In this document: positions 54,328 through 61,678 of the stretch, in pieces
Layout of the letters: each line of letters begins with the position of its first letter
Numbering within the stretch: position 1 is the stretch's first letter
From: an uncultured Azospirillaceae bacterium
GTDB taxonomy: Bacteria > Pseudomonadota > Alphaproteobacteria > Rickettsiales > UBA3002
Direction: 5' to 3'
NCBI GenBank assembly: GCA_964352815.1
Contig: CAYGTO010000003.1
Location: 69,015-133,014, forward strand
DNA: 64,000 bases
The notes under the pieces: generated by a model
Told to the model about the DNA's origin: nothing
Database searches by the model: none
The model's input: only the letters and a program-made list of their open reading frames with translations
Translations under genes and position numbers: made by a program

Positions 54328-54728
54328 GCATTATGAACCTCTCCATTCGTGGCAAACAATATCAGATCGCATGTGGCGATGGCCAGGAAGCCCATCTTAA
54401 CATGCTTGCGGGGCAGCTTAATGAGCGCCTCACCCAAATCGCTGGCACCAACACCCGCCTTCCCGACAGCACCTTGATGCTGCTCGGTGCCTTGATGATT
54501 GCGGATGAGCTGCATGAGCTACAAGGCGAACATCAAAAACTCTATGACTACATGGAACAGGTCGAATCGCAAAATGAACGCTATAAGAGTAACGCGCAGG
54601 ATGCGAATGCCGATGCGCTGACCACACATCGTGAGACAATGGAAAACGAATTTTCGGGTATTATAAGCACCTTGTCGGAAAAGCTTGAGAAAATGGTCCA
54701 ACGCACCAACAAAGCCACGGCCGCCTAA
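54324..54728 (+). CDS. zapA: cell division protein ZapA
   Basis: LSIRGKQYQIACGDGQEAHLNMLAGQLNERL...LMLLGALMIADEL. Confidence 0.8.
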   Translation: MSIMNLSIRGKQYQIACGDGQEAHLNMLAGQLNERLTQIAGTNTRLPDSTLMLLGALMIADELHELQGEHQKLYDYMEQVESQNERYKSNAQDANADALTTHRETMENEFSGIISTLSEKLEKMVQRTNKATAA

Positions 54729-54865
54729 TGGTTTTTCGTGCATTTTGCATGGGCATACTGACCGCAAGCCTACTCGTCGCTTGCTCCAAAGCCGAAGCCT
54801 GTGATTACAGCCAGGGCGAATGGAACGAAATTCTCGGGCAATGTAATTACGAATGGCTGGAATAG
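54728..54865 (+). CDS. 45-aa putative lipoprotein (sORF below the ORF-track cutoff)
   Basis: My own translation is MVFRAFCMGILTASLLVAC|SKAEACDYSQGEWNEILGQCNYEWLE. It has a basic n-region, a hydrophobic core and an L-V-A-C lipobox. The start overlaps the zapA stop as TAATG. Confidence 0.5.
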   Translation: MVFRAFCMGILTASLLVACSKAEACDYSQGEWNEILGQCNYEWLE

Positions 54866-54874
54866 TTCTTCCCC

Positions 54875-54903
54875 TAGACAATGCCCAAAATGCGCCCTAT
54901 AAT
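54875..54903 (+). promoter_or_regulatory. sigma-70-type promoter for the putative 6S RNA
   Basis: TAGACA (5/6 match to TTGACA), a 17-nt spacer, then TATAAT (6/6). The predicted start at ~54910 coincides with the 5' arm of the closing stem. Confidence 0.6.
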
Positions 54904-54909
54904 TAAGAG

Positions 54910-55066
54910 AAGTACTGCGCGGTGCGTGAGGATCGAACGCTCCGGGACCGATGTAACCTTTAAGGGAGCTGTCCCTTGCTTCGGCTGTGGCCTTAGTAAT
55001 ATGGCACCCACCTGACCACACGGGTCACGGGAGGTTTTATGCATCCCACGGCCAGCGCGGTACTTT
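54910..55066 (+). ncRNA. ssrS: 6S RNA (putative)
   Basis: It lies between zapA and the 5-formyl-THF cyclo-ligase gene, the conserved ssrS slot. An 11-bp closing stem pairs AAGUACUGCGC (54910-54920) with GCGCGGUACUU (55055-55065), with one G-U pair. Length is ~157 nt. An internal arm CUCCGGGACC pairs imperfectly with GGGUCACGGGAG. Confidence 0.6.
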
Positions 55067-55080
55067 ACCTAAGGTCCACT

Positions 55081-55692
55081 ATGCATTCGCCACTTTCCTA
55101 TCACCCTGACCAGCTTCCCTATGAAAAACAACGGCTTAGGCAGAAACTACTGACCCAGCGCCAACAATACCCAGCCGATAAGCGCCTGTTCGCGGCCGAG
55201 TCGATCGCGCAGCATTTCATGGACCACCCGCTTCTCGCCTTTGATGCGCCTGTGGCGGGCTATATTGCCATGCGCGGCGAACTCGATATTACGCTTATTT
55301 TTGATAAGCTTAGGAAATACCAAAAAATGACATGCCTCCCCGTTGTTGACGAAAAAGATGCGCCTCTCCTCTTCCGTGAGTGGCATAAAGGCCAGCCGCT
55401 CACCCAAGGCACCTTGGGGGTGAAGGAGCCTGCAGCGGAGGCGGAAACATGCAACCCGCGTATTATTCTCGTTCCTTTGCTCGCCTTTGATCCGGCCGGC
55501 TACCGGCTTGGCTATGGCGGCGGTTATTATGACCGGACCATCGCAGCGCTGCGCAGCGCCGATCCATCCAATCCCCCGCTCACTATCGGAGTTGCCTATG
55601 ATTTTCAAGAAGTTGACGCCTTGCCAATCGAGCCACACGACATTCGCCTGGATGGGATTCTGACCGAAACCGGCGTGAGTATGTTTTTGTAG
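55081..55692 (+). CDS. 5-formyltetrahydrofolate cyclo-ligase
   Basis: KQRLRQKLLTQR..., GTLGVKEP, VPLLAFDPAGYRLGYGGGYYDR. ATG 55081 is preferred over 55039 because the longer frame would run through the 3' arm of the putative 6S RNA. Confidence 0.8.
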   Translation: MHSPLSYHPDQLPYEKQRLRQKLLTQRQQYPADKRLFAAESIAQHFMDHPLLAFDAPVAGYIAMRGELDITLIFDKLRKYQKMTCLPVVDEKDAPLLFREWHKGQPLTQGTLGVKEPAAEAETCNPRIILVPLLAFDPAGYRLGYGGGYYDRTIAALRSADPSNPPLTIGVAYDFQEVDALPIEPHDIRLDGILTETGVSMFL

Positions 55693-55699
55693 TTTTCTT

Positions 55700-55798
55700 G
55701 ATCGCTCCCGCGCTGCACTGCTGTTACGCGCGATGAGCCTGACGGCTGCGCCGACTAAAGGGCTTCGCCTGTTGGCTGCGCTTCATCACTACGCACCT
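55700..55798. repeat. possible second dispersed repeat family, copy 2
   Basis: GATCGCTCCCGCGCTGC...GGCTGCGCCGACTAAAGGGCTTCGCCTGTTGGCTGCGCTTCATCACTACGCAC shares ordered blocks with the reverse complement of 14805-14880. It also has an internal GGCTGCGC duplication. Confidence 0.35.
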
Positions 55799-55839
55799 AA
55801 TTCCTTGCATTGCCTTGATTTTCCTAGTAATCCAATTGA

Positions 55840-56670
55840 ATGAAGATTTTATTTTGTGGCGATGTGGTCGGGCGCGCAGGGCGCAAAGCGCTTACGCGGT
55901 GGATGCCCCAGCTAAGAGAGAAACATCAGCTTGATGCCGTGATTATCAACGGCGAGAACAGCGCGGGTGGCTTTGGCATTACCAAAGAAACACTGAAAGA
56001 AATGCTTGATACCGGCGCCGATGTCATAACCGGCGGCGATCATATCTGGGATCAGCGCGATTGCCCGAAACTGCTTGAACAAGAACCGCGCCTACTGCGC
56101 CCGCATAACTACCCGGAAGGCAGTCCTGGCAGCGGCTTTCGTACATTCGAGCTAAAGAACGGCCAACGCCTAACCGTCATGCATTTGCTGGGGCAAATTT
56201 TCCATAAGGAATATCTGAACAGCCCATTTGAGTGCGCGAAAGCGTTGCTGGATGGAGTTAAGTTAGGACGCGACACCGATGCGATTGTGGTTGATATGCA
56301 CGCGGAGGCGACTTCAGAAAAATGTGCGATGGGGCATTTCCTCGATGGCCAGGTGAGCCTGGTGGTTGGGAGCCACACCCATATTCCTACTGCTGACAGC
56401 CATATTTTACCCAAAGGCACAGCCTATCAGACCGATGCCGGTATGTGCGGCGATTATAATTCAGTGATCGGCTTCGAGCCGTCCGTCCCGCTGAAACATT
56501 ACATGACCAAACGTAAGCTGGGCCGAATGGAGGTCGCGAGCGGCGAAGGTACGGTATGCGCCGTGCTGGTTGAAACCGATATTCGTACCGGGCTCGCCAC
56601 CTCGATCGAACCCATCCGCTGCGGCGGGGTCATTGGGATGGACAGCGCGTCCGATCAAAAAGCCGCTTAG
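55840..56670 (+). CDS. YmdB-family metallophosphoesterase (TIGR00282-like)
   Basis: MKILFCGDVVGRAGR...INGENSAGGFGIT...VVDMHAEATSEK...GSHTH. Confidence 0.85.
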   Translation: MKILFCGDVVGRAGRKALTRWMPQLREKHQLDAVIINGENSAGGFGITKETLKEMLDTGADVITGGDHIWDQRDCPKLLEQEPRLLRPHNYPEGSPGSGFRTFELKNGQRLTVMHLLGQIFHKEYLNSPFECAKALLDGVKLGRDTDAIVVDMHAEATSEKCAMGHFLDGQVSLVVGSHTHIPTADSHILPKGTAYQTDAGMCGDYNSVIGFEPSVPLKHYMTKRKLGRMEVASGEGTVCAVLVETDIRTGLATSIEPIRCGGVIGMDSASDQKAA

Positions 56671-56784
56671 CTAACGCACTGTTTGATATTATTTTATCTT
56701 ATTATGACACGCCAATTGTCACACAATTGTCACAAACGATTGGGCATCTTTACGCTAAAATGAGATTAACAATTAGAGGTAACC

Positions 56785-57540
56785 ATGGCCATTTTAGATT
56801 GGGTAGAACGTCAGGTTTATACAGGGACGAGCCTGTTCCGTCGCAATGTAATGGAGCCTTTAGTGCTCGATACAGAAGATTCATTGATAGCACGCGGATG
56901 GGATTATTCCTTTGGCGCCTTATTTGATTGGATCGGATCCGCGTTACGCGATGATTACCAACCTATGTTCGCACGTGATGAACGCAGTGATACGCGCGTT
57001 ATCCGCGCTGGGGCACGCCGCGAAGGGGTACGCGGTTCAGCAGATGATATCTTAATAAGCGGCGCACAACTTAGCCCGTATGCTGGCTCGCGCATTTATA
57101 ATTCACTGCAAGGCATGGAAAATTTTGATTTACGTGATGGTGCAACGGCTGCCGAGATTCAGCGTGTTCAGAATCATTCAACAACCGTTGTATTGGCTAA
57201 CCTCATTGCAAGCATCGAAGAAGGCGCTACGAAAGGACAAACGATTGACCTAAGAAAGCTCGACATTAGACAAGATGCATTCAACCGTAATGCACACCTG
57301 CTCGGTCAACACGCTGATCAAGCAGTGGTTGACGGTGTTCTTGACCGAGATGAAATTACAAAGATCACTCGTGACCCTGAATTTAGGGCCGCACGCAGCT
57401 TACTCACAGATATCGCGAATGCGGGAAGCAGAAGCGCAACGGATGTTCGAGAAGCCTCGGCGCCTCGTACCACTCCTGCTGTAGAGACTGATCGGCTCGA
57501 AGCGTGGGCAGCGCGGAATTCCGGCGAAAGCCGCGGCTAA
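56785..57540 (+). CDS. hypothetical protein
   Basis: 251-aa ORF with an AGAGG SD. No motif recognised. Confidence 0.5.
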   Translation: MAILDWVERQVYTGTSLFRRNVMEPLVLDTEDSLIARGWDYSFGALFDWIGSALRDDYQPMFARDERSDTRVIRAGARREGVRGSADDILISGAQLSPYAGSRIYNSLQGMENFDLRDGATAAEIQRVQNHSTTVVLANLIASIEEGATKGQTIDLRKLDIRQDAFNRNAHLLGQHADQAVVDGVLDRDEITKITRDPEFRAARSLLTDIANAGSRSATDVREASAPRTTPAVETDRLEAWAARNSGESRG

Positions 57541-57575
57541 ATTTCATTTAAGATTTGTGTGAAAGGGTAGAGAGC

Positions 57576-57917
57576 CTAGAGCTCTTCATCATCCTCTTCG
57601 ATATCGACTTTAGGACGCTTCGGTGCTTTGCGCGATGAATCGCTGGTCTTCGTTTTATTTAGCTTCTGATTCTTTCCATCCCACTGATACTGATAGACGA
57701 TGGTTTTGGTGCCCGTCGTGACGATGTCACCATTCGGGAGCTGAAGCACATCAAAGCCTTTCTGAAGCGCATCGTTGATAAGTGCAGAAGATTGTCGAAG
57801 ATAGCCCGCATTCGCCATTAAATCGGTGAGAACCTTGTCCGCATCGGCGCGAGACACTGTTGCCGTATCACCAATCACTGACGCCAACTCTGAGATCTTC
57901 TGTGCTTTCTCATTCAT
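57576..57917 (-). CDS. hypothetical protein with basic/acidic tail
   Basis: ATG 57917 (MNEKAQKISEL...) has an AGGAG SD at 8-nt spacing and is preferred over GTG 57926. The C-terminus is KRPKVDIEEDDEEL. Confidence 0.5.
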   Translation of the reverse strand: MNEKAQKISELASVIGDTATVSRADADKVLTDLMANAGYLRQSSALINDALQKGFDVLQLPNGDIVTTGTKTIVYQYQWDGKNQKLNKTKTSDSSRKAPKRPKVDIEEDDEEL

Positions 57918-58130
57918 GCGGATCACTCCTGTTCCTTGTTATTTTTAATTGGTTATACAGGGCTTTTCTATGATTGCACCTGAAATTTCCTTACCCAATA
58001 TTAACTATTTAACTGATCCTCTACGAAAAGCAAAGAAAAGCAGACGGTTTCTCCACAATTGTCATCAAACCTTCATATTTGCGTGAGCGAAAGTTTGCTC
58101 AATCATACAGGCCGCTAGAATCACTCTGGC

Positions 58131-58161
58131 AAAAAAAAGCCCGCAGCGGGAAGCGGCGGGC
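58131..58161 (-). terminator. intrinsic terminator after the fliK operon
   Basis: The minus strand reads GCCCGC-11 nt-GCGGGC followed by T8. It lies ~70 nt downstream of the stop at 58231. Confidence 0.6.
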
Positions 58162-58230
58162 AAGGAGCTAGACGACAAAACTCTAACAACAAAAAGGATG
58201 TCTTTTTGTTCTTTTTATCTCTTATTCGGC

Positions 58231-58473
58231 TTACGCTGCCTCCAGCGCATCCATTAATTCATTTGTGGTATGCATGGCGCGCACTGTCAGCAAATGTGAA
58301 CGCTGCGCTCCCATGATCTCTTCTAGCACATCAAGTACCTCACTGCGCATCGCGCGCATGTCGCTTTTCGTGCCATTATCATTGGCTTGAAGCTGCTTGA
58401 GATACAACTCATGAAGTGGGTTCATCACCACCGCACCGGTATCCATTTCTATAGTCTTTGCTGCCTGATTCAT
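58231..58473 (-). CDS. hypothetical small helical protein, co-transcribed with fliK
   Basis: 80 aa. It starts 14 nt after the fliK stop. No motif recognised; a flagellar role is inferred only from position. Confidence 0.45.
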   Translation of the reverse strand: MNQAAKTIEMDTGAVVMNPLHELYLKQLQANDNGTKSDMRAMRSEVLDVLEEIMGAQRSHLLTVRAMHTTNELMDALEAA

Positions 58474-58487
58474 AATGCTCTCCCGTG

Positions 58488-60020
58488 TTATACTTTTATG
58501 TCGAGACCTTGACTCATATTCACTGCGTAGTGAGCGATATGAGCGTCGGCAATCTCTGCTTCATTGTATTCTTCCTGTTGCAATAATGATGCCGAGTTAT
58601 GCGCCTCATCCGCATTCTCGTCATTCTGACCGCCTTGGTTCAATGAAAACTCAAGCGAGCTCTCATCGCCTTGCAAACCGGCTTGCTCTAGTGCTTGCTG
58701 CAACATCTTCGAATCACGCTGTAGTAAATCAAGCGTATCTTGATTATCCGCACTCACCATCGCTTGGACACGACCATCTTTTCCGAGTTCGATTTGAATT
58801 TCGACGCGGCCAAGCTCAGCAGGCTCAAGCTGAATTTGAATACGATCAAAACCACTGGCTGAGTGTTGACGAATTTGAACGGCAACTTGTTCAGTGGGGT
58901 TCGTGGGCGCATTCTGACGTGCAAACTCAGCAGAGAACATTTTGCCATGGCCGGTTAATTCATTCGGGCGTTGCGCTTGTTCTACACCTAGTTCACTGGT
59001 GAACGCTAACGTTTCAAGGCCAGAACCAACTGGGGTGAGAGGCTGAGCAACTTCCTTTGCTTTAGGGCCCGCCATATTCATGGCCATGAGGGACGCAGCT
59101 CCTTCACTTTTTCCCATAGAACCTTGCTGCGATAAAAGCTGTGACAATGTATCCGCACGATCACTTAGTTGACTATTGCGTGAATCATAAGATGCCACAT
59201 CCAGCCCTTCGGTTACTTCCGTGAGTACAGAAGAAGCGCTCGCCTTACCATTCAAAAGGTCAAGGCTCTTTTGATGCAATGGTGCATTCACCGAAGCCGC
59301 CGCTACGGGCTGTCGCTGTTGCCCCTGCTCATCCAAGAGGGCATAATTCATTGCGGAATATTGCACATAAGTTTGTTGGTCATCTTGTAGCAACGCCCCT
59401 TCATCAAGAGGGGCTTGCTGTTGCGGAAGCTCTTCACCTGCTGCAGGCGTCAACTCATTCAAACGCAAGCTATCATAATTCACCGGCTCGAGCCGCCCTG
59501 TGTCTGGATTATATTGTAGGGGAATCTGGGCTTTCCCGTTCTCACGCTCAACCATTCGACTGATCAGATCTTGTAGCGTCGTGCCGTTCTCGTCACCGCT
59601 CTGCGTATTCAACACCTTGTCATTCAAAAGTTGGTAAAGCGCATCAGAAGATGTCGTTACGCTTTCTGCACTCTGCCCCCCTGCCGATGGAGTCAACGCT
59701 TGAAGAGCCTTAAGCTCTTCAGGAGTCGCCTTATCTGCCATCGCTGAAATGCGTTGCAATAGGGCTGCTTCGGTTTCGGTCATCCCTTCTGTTGAGAAGG
59801 CAGCCGGATCAATCGAGGCCGTTTCACCATCGGCAATCTGCTTCAATAGCGTCTGGGCAAAACTTTCCGAGATCGTTTGGTTTTCGGCCGTGTTCTGAAT
59901 CACCGTGCCTGATGCGTTGGATGAGCGCTGAGAATTACTCAAGGCGCCTGACACACCGCCACCCATAGCGCCATTCGAAGCGCCAGAGAGAAGCATATTC
60001 ATCAAGAGTGGTGTGTTCAT
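58488..60020 (-). CDS. fliK: flagellar hook-length control protein FliK
   Basis: C-terminal Flg_hook-type domain ...RIQIQLEPAELGRVEIQIELGKDGRVQAMVSADNQDTLDLLQRDSKMLQQALEQAGL. The N-terminal region is Gln/Ser/Ala-rich and disordered. Confidence 0.8.
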   Translation of the reverse strand: MNTPLLMNMLLSGASNGAMGGGVSGALSNSQRSSNASGTVIQNTAENQTISESFAQTLLKQIADGETASIDPAAFSTEGMTETEAALLQRISAMADKATPEELKALQALTPSAGGQSAESVTTSSDALYQLLNDKVLNTQSGDENGTTLQDLISRMVERENGKAQIPLQYNPDTGRLEPVNYDSLRLNELTPAAGEELPQQQAPLDEGALLQDDQQTYVQYSAMNYALLDEQGQQRQPVAAASVNAPLHQKSLDLLNGKASASSVLTEVTEGLDVASYDSRNSQLSDRADTLSQLLSQQGSMGKSEGAASLMAMNMAGPKAKEVAQPLTPVGSGLETLAFTSELGVEQAQRPNELTGHGKMFSAEFARQNAPTNPTEQVAVQIRQHSASGFDRIQIQLEPAELGRVEIQIELGKDGRVQAMVSADNQDTLDLLQRDSKMLQQALEQAGLQGDESSLEFSLNQGGQNDENADEAHNSASLLQQEEYNEAEIADAHIAHYAVNMSQGLDIKV

Positions 60021-60056
60021 TTTTTACCTAGTTGATACTAATTCACCTCAGAGATT

Positions 60057-60072
60057 TGCAAAGCGCGTGCCA
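60057..60072 (-). promoter_or_regulatory. sigma-54 promoter for fliK
   Basis: The minus strand reads TGGCACGCGCTTTGCA, an exact match to TGGCAC-N5-TTGCA. It lies 37 nt upstream of the fliK ATG. Confidence 0.8.
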
Positions 60073-60171
60073 GAAATAACCTTTGAGAAAGAGAATAGGA
60101 TATTGGAGAACATAAAAAAATGCACGCCCACCATGTGTGAACGCGCATTGATCAGCTAAGACGAATTTGTT

Positions 60172-60702
60172 TTACGATGCGATGATTTCATTCACCGAAT
60201 GTTTCATATCATAATCATTATGACTGAAAACATGCTGCCATGCCAATTTCCGTTTTGCATCAACAATGATCGGAGCTTTCGCATTCACCGTAATATTGAT
60301 GATATCACCTACTTTTTCCATTGAAGCAATGAACAGAAACAAGGCCGACTCTTTTTCAACATTTGCTTCCTCACAGGTCTTATGAGCATCCTCCAATGAA
60401 ATCACCGGATTCTCCGCTTGCATCGGCATCGTGATGAACGAAATGCTATGATCCTCGAGAGACTGCAATAAACGGAAATGTTCATTCATTTTTGGCGTTG
60501 GAAACTCCGTTAAGCAATATTGCGTCAAGTTCGACAGCCCCAAAATGCCATTTGGAAAAATGACGGGCGCGGCAGGGTTAACCTTAACCTCACCAAAACG
60601 GCTCTGAATCATCATTTCAGTTTCTGTGCTCTCGTGATCCTCTGGCTGCATCGGCATCATTGTGACGCTTCCTCCTGTTTCAATACTGCGTATGTTTTGC
60701 AT
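60172..60702 (-). CDS. fliW: flagellar assembly factor FliW
   Basis: IQSRFGEVKVNPAAPVIFPNGILGL...FRLLQSLEDHSISFITMP...INITVNAKAPIIVDAKRKLAWQHVF follows the FliW pattern. AGGAG SD. Confidence 0.75.
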   Translation of the reverse strand: MQNIRSIETGGSVTMMPMQPEDHESTETEMMIQSRFGEVKVNPAAPVIFPNGILGLSNLTQYCLTEFPTPKMNEHFRLLQSLEDHSISFITMPMQAENPVISLEDAHKTCEEANVEKESALFLFIASMEKVGDIINITVNAKAPIIVDAKRKLAWQHVFSHNDYDMKHSVNEIIAS

Positions 60703-60763
60703 GACATTATTCTCCTGATTGTAGCGCTAAATGCATGGTTTGACTATGTCTAAGCCCTTTTTT

Positions 60764-61312
60764 CTAACACGTTTGATTCAATTGTATCGCAACCGTTTCT
60801 TTCGGTGGCGCTGCCTTTTTGCCAAATGCCGTGTAGTTTGACGTTTCCTGAAACTTCTGCGCTGCCTTCGCAATCAGTTCAAAAATACGGCGGTTTACAA
60901 TGCGCGCCGCGTCTACACGTTTTTTATTTTCCTGTACTGCTCCCGTCATACGCAGGATCGCTTTCTCCAGTTTCGATTTTTCTGGCATCTTAAGAGACTT
61001 AATCGCTTCAGGGTGCTCAACAATGCGTTTTTTCTGAACTTCTAATGCGCTCGCAAGCTCTCGCTTACGCTCTTGCATTGACTCCACCTCTGCCACTCTT
61101 GATTGTTTCAGCGCTGCAGACTCTTGATCCAAAAGCTCTGACATTTCTTGCGTTAATGCGAGAAGTTCGCGGATATCGATCGGCTCAGACGACGTCACCA
61201 TTTCCATATCACCATCTGCCATAGCGCTTACCCATTCATGCTGCGTCAGATGTTCCGCGCGTTGCATCGAACGATCTACGGTTTCATATCCTTTACGTGT
61301 ATACATACCCAT
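60764..61312 (-). CDS. hypothetical coiled-coil protein in the flgI operon (FlgN/FlbY-like by position only)
   Basis: 182 aa and helical. AAGGTGAGG SD. It lies between the flgJ-like gene and fliW. Confidence 0.4.
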   Translation of the reverse strand: MGMYTRKGYETVDRSMQRAEHLTQHEWVSAMADGDMEMVTSSEPIDIRELLALTQEMSELLDQESAALKQSRVAEVESMQERKRELASALEVQKKRIVEHPEAIKSLKMPEKSKLEKAILRMTGAVQENKKRVDAARIVNRRIFELIAKAAQKFQETSNYTAFGKKAAPPKETVAIQLNQTC

Positions 61313-61329
61313 AATGCCTCACCTTGATG

Positions 61330-61671
61330 TTATTGCACTTCTTGCATCTGCAAGAGTTGACGCTTAATATCGTCGGCAATTCCTATTCCACCAGTCTCTG
61401 CAAGAATCTTGCCATATTCATCTACGAGTAATTCTTGAAACACATCTTCACCATAACCACCGCCCGTGACTTCATCCTTAGGCACAGTATCGAACATGCT
61501 TTGCAGCATCTGCGCAATAAAGACAGCCTCAAACTCTTCTGCTACCTTATTGATCTCCGCTTCGCTTTGCGCGCCCTGCAGCTGCATCGCCTTCGATTTC
61601 GCCGCACTGGTTTGGCCCTGCTCCTGGCCAATCTTTGCAATGTTTCCAGCTTGTAAGGTCAAGTTACTCAT
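61330..61671 (-). CDS. flgJ: flagellar rod-binding protein (FlgJ N-terminal domain only)
   Basis: AEEFEAVFIAQMLQSMF...GGGYGEDVFQELLVDEYGKILAETGGIGIAD. No muramidase domain. The start is set at ATG 61671, which has an AGGGGGG SD. Confidence 0.8.
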   Translation of the reverse strand: MSNLTLQAGNIAKIGQEQGQTSAAKSKAMQLQGAQSEAEINKVAEEFEAVFIAQMLQSMFDTVPKDEVTGGGYGEDVFQELLVDEYGKILAETGGIGIADDIKRQLLQMQEVQ

Positions 61672-61678
61672 ACCCCCC

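Noticed and set aside
55039-55080. Longer start (ATG 55039) for 5-formyl-THF cyclo-ligase.
   Set aside because: It would place the first 14 codons inside the 3' arm of the putative 6S RNA. ATG 55081 lies immediately after it. This remains uncertain without experimental data.
56741-56756. Sigma-54 promoter upstream of 56785..57540 (TGGGCATCTTTACGCT).
   Set aside because: Only the invariant GG/GC dinucleotides and their spacing match; the remaining consensus positions do not. It is kept only as a remark in the tandem 11-mer repeat finding (56713-56734).
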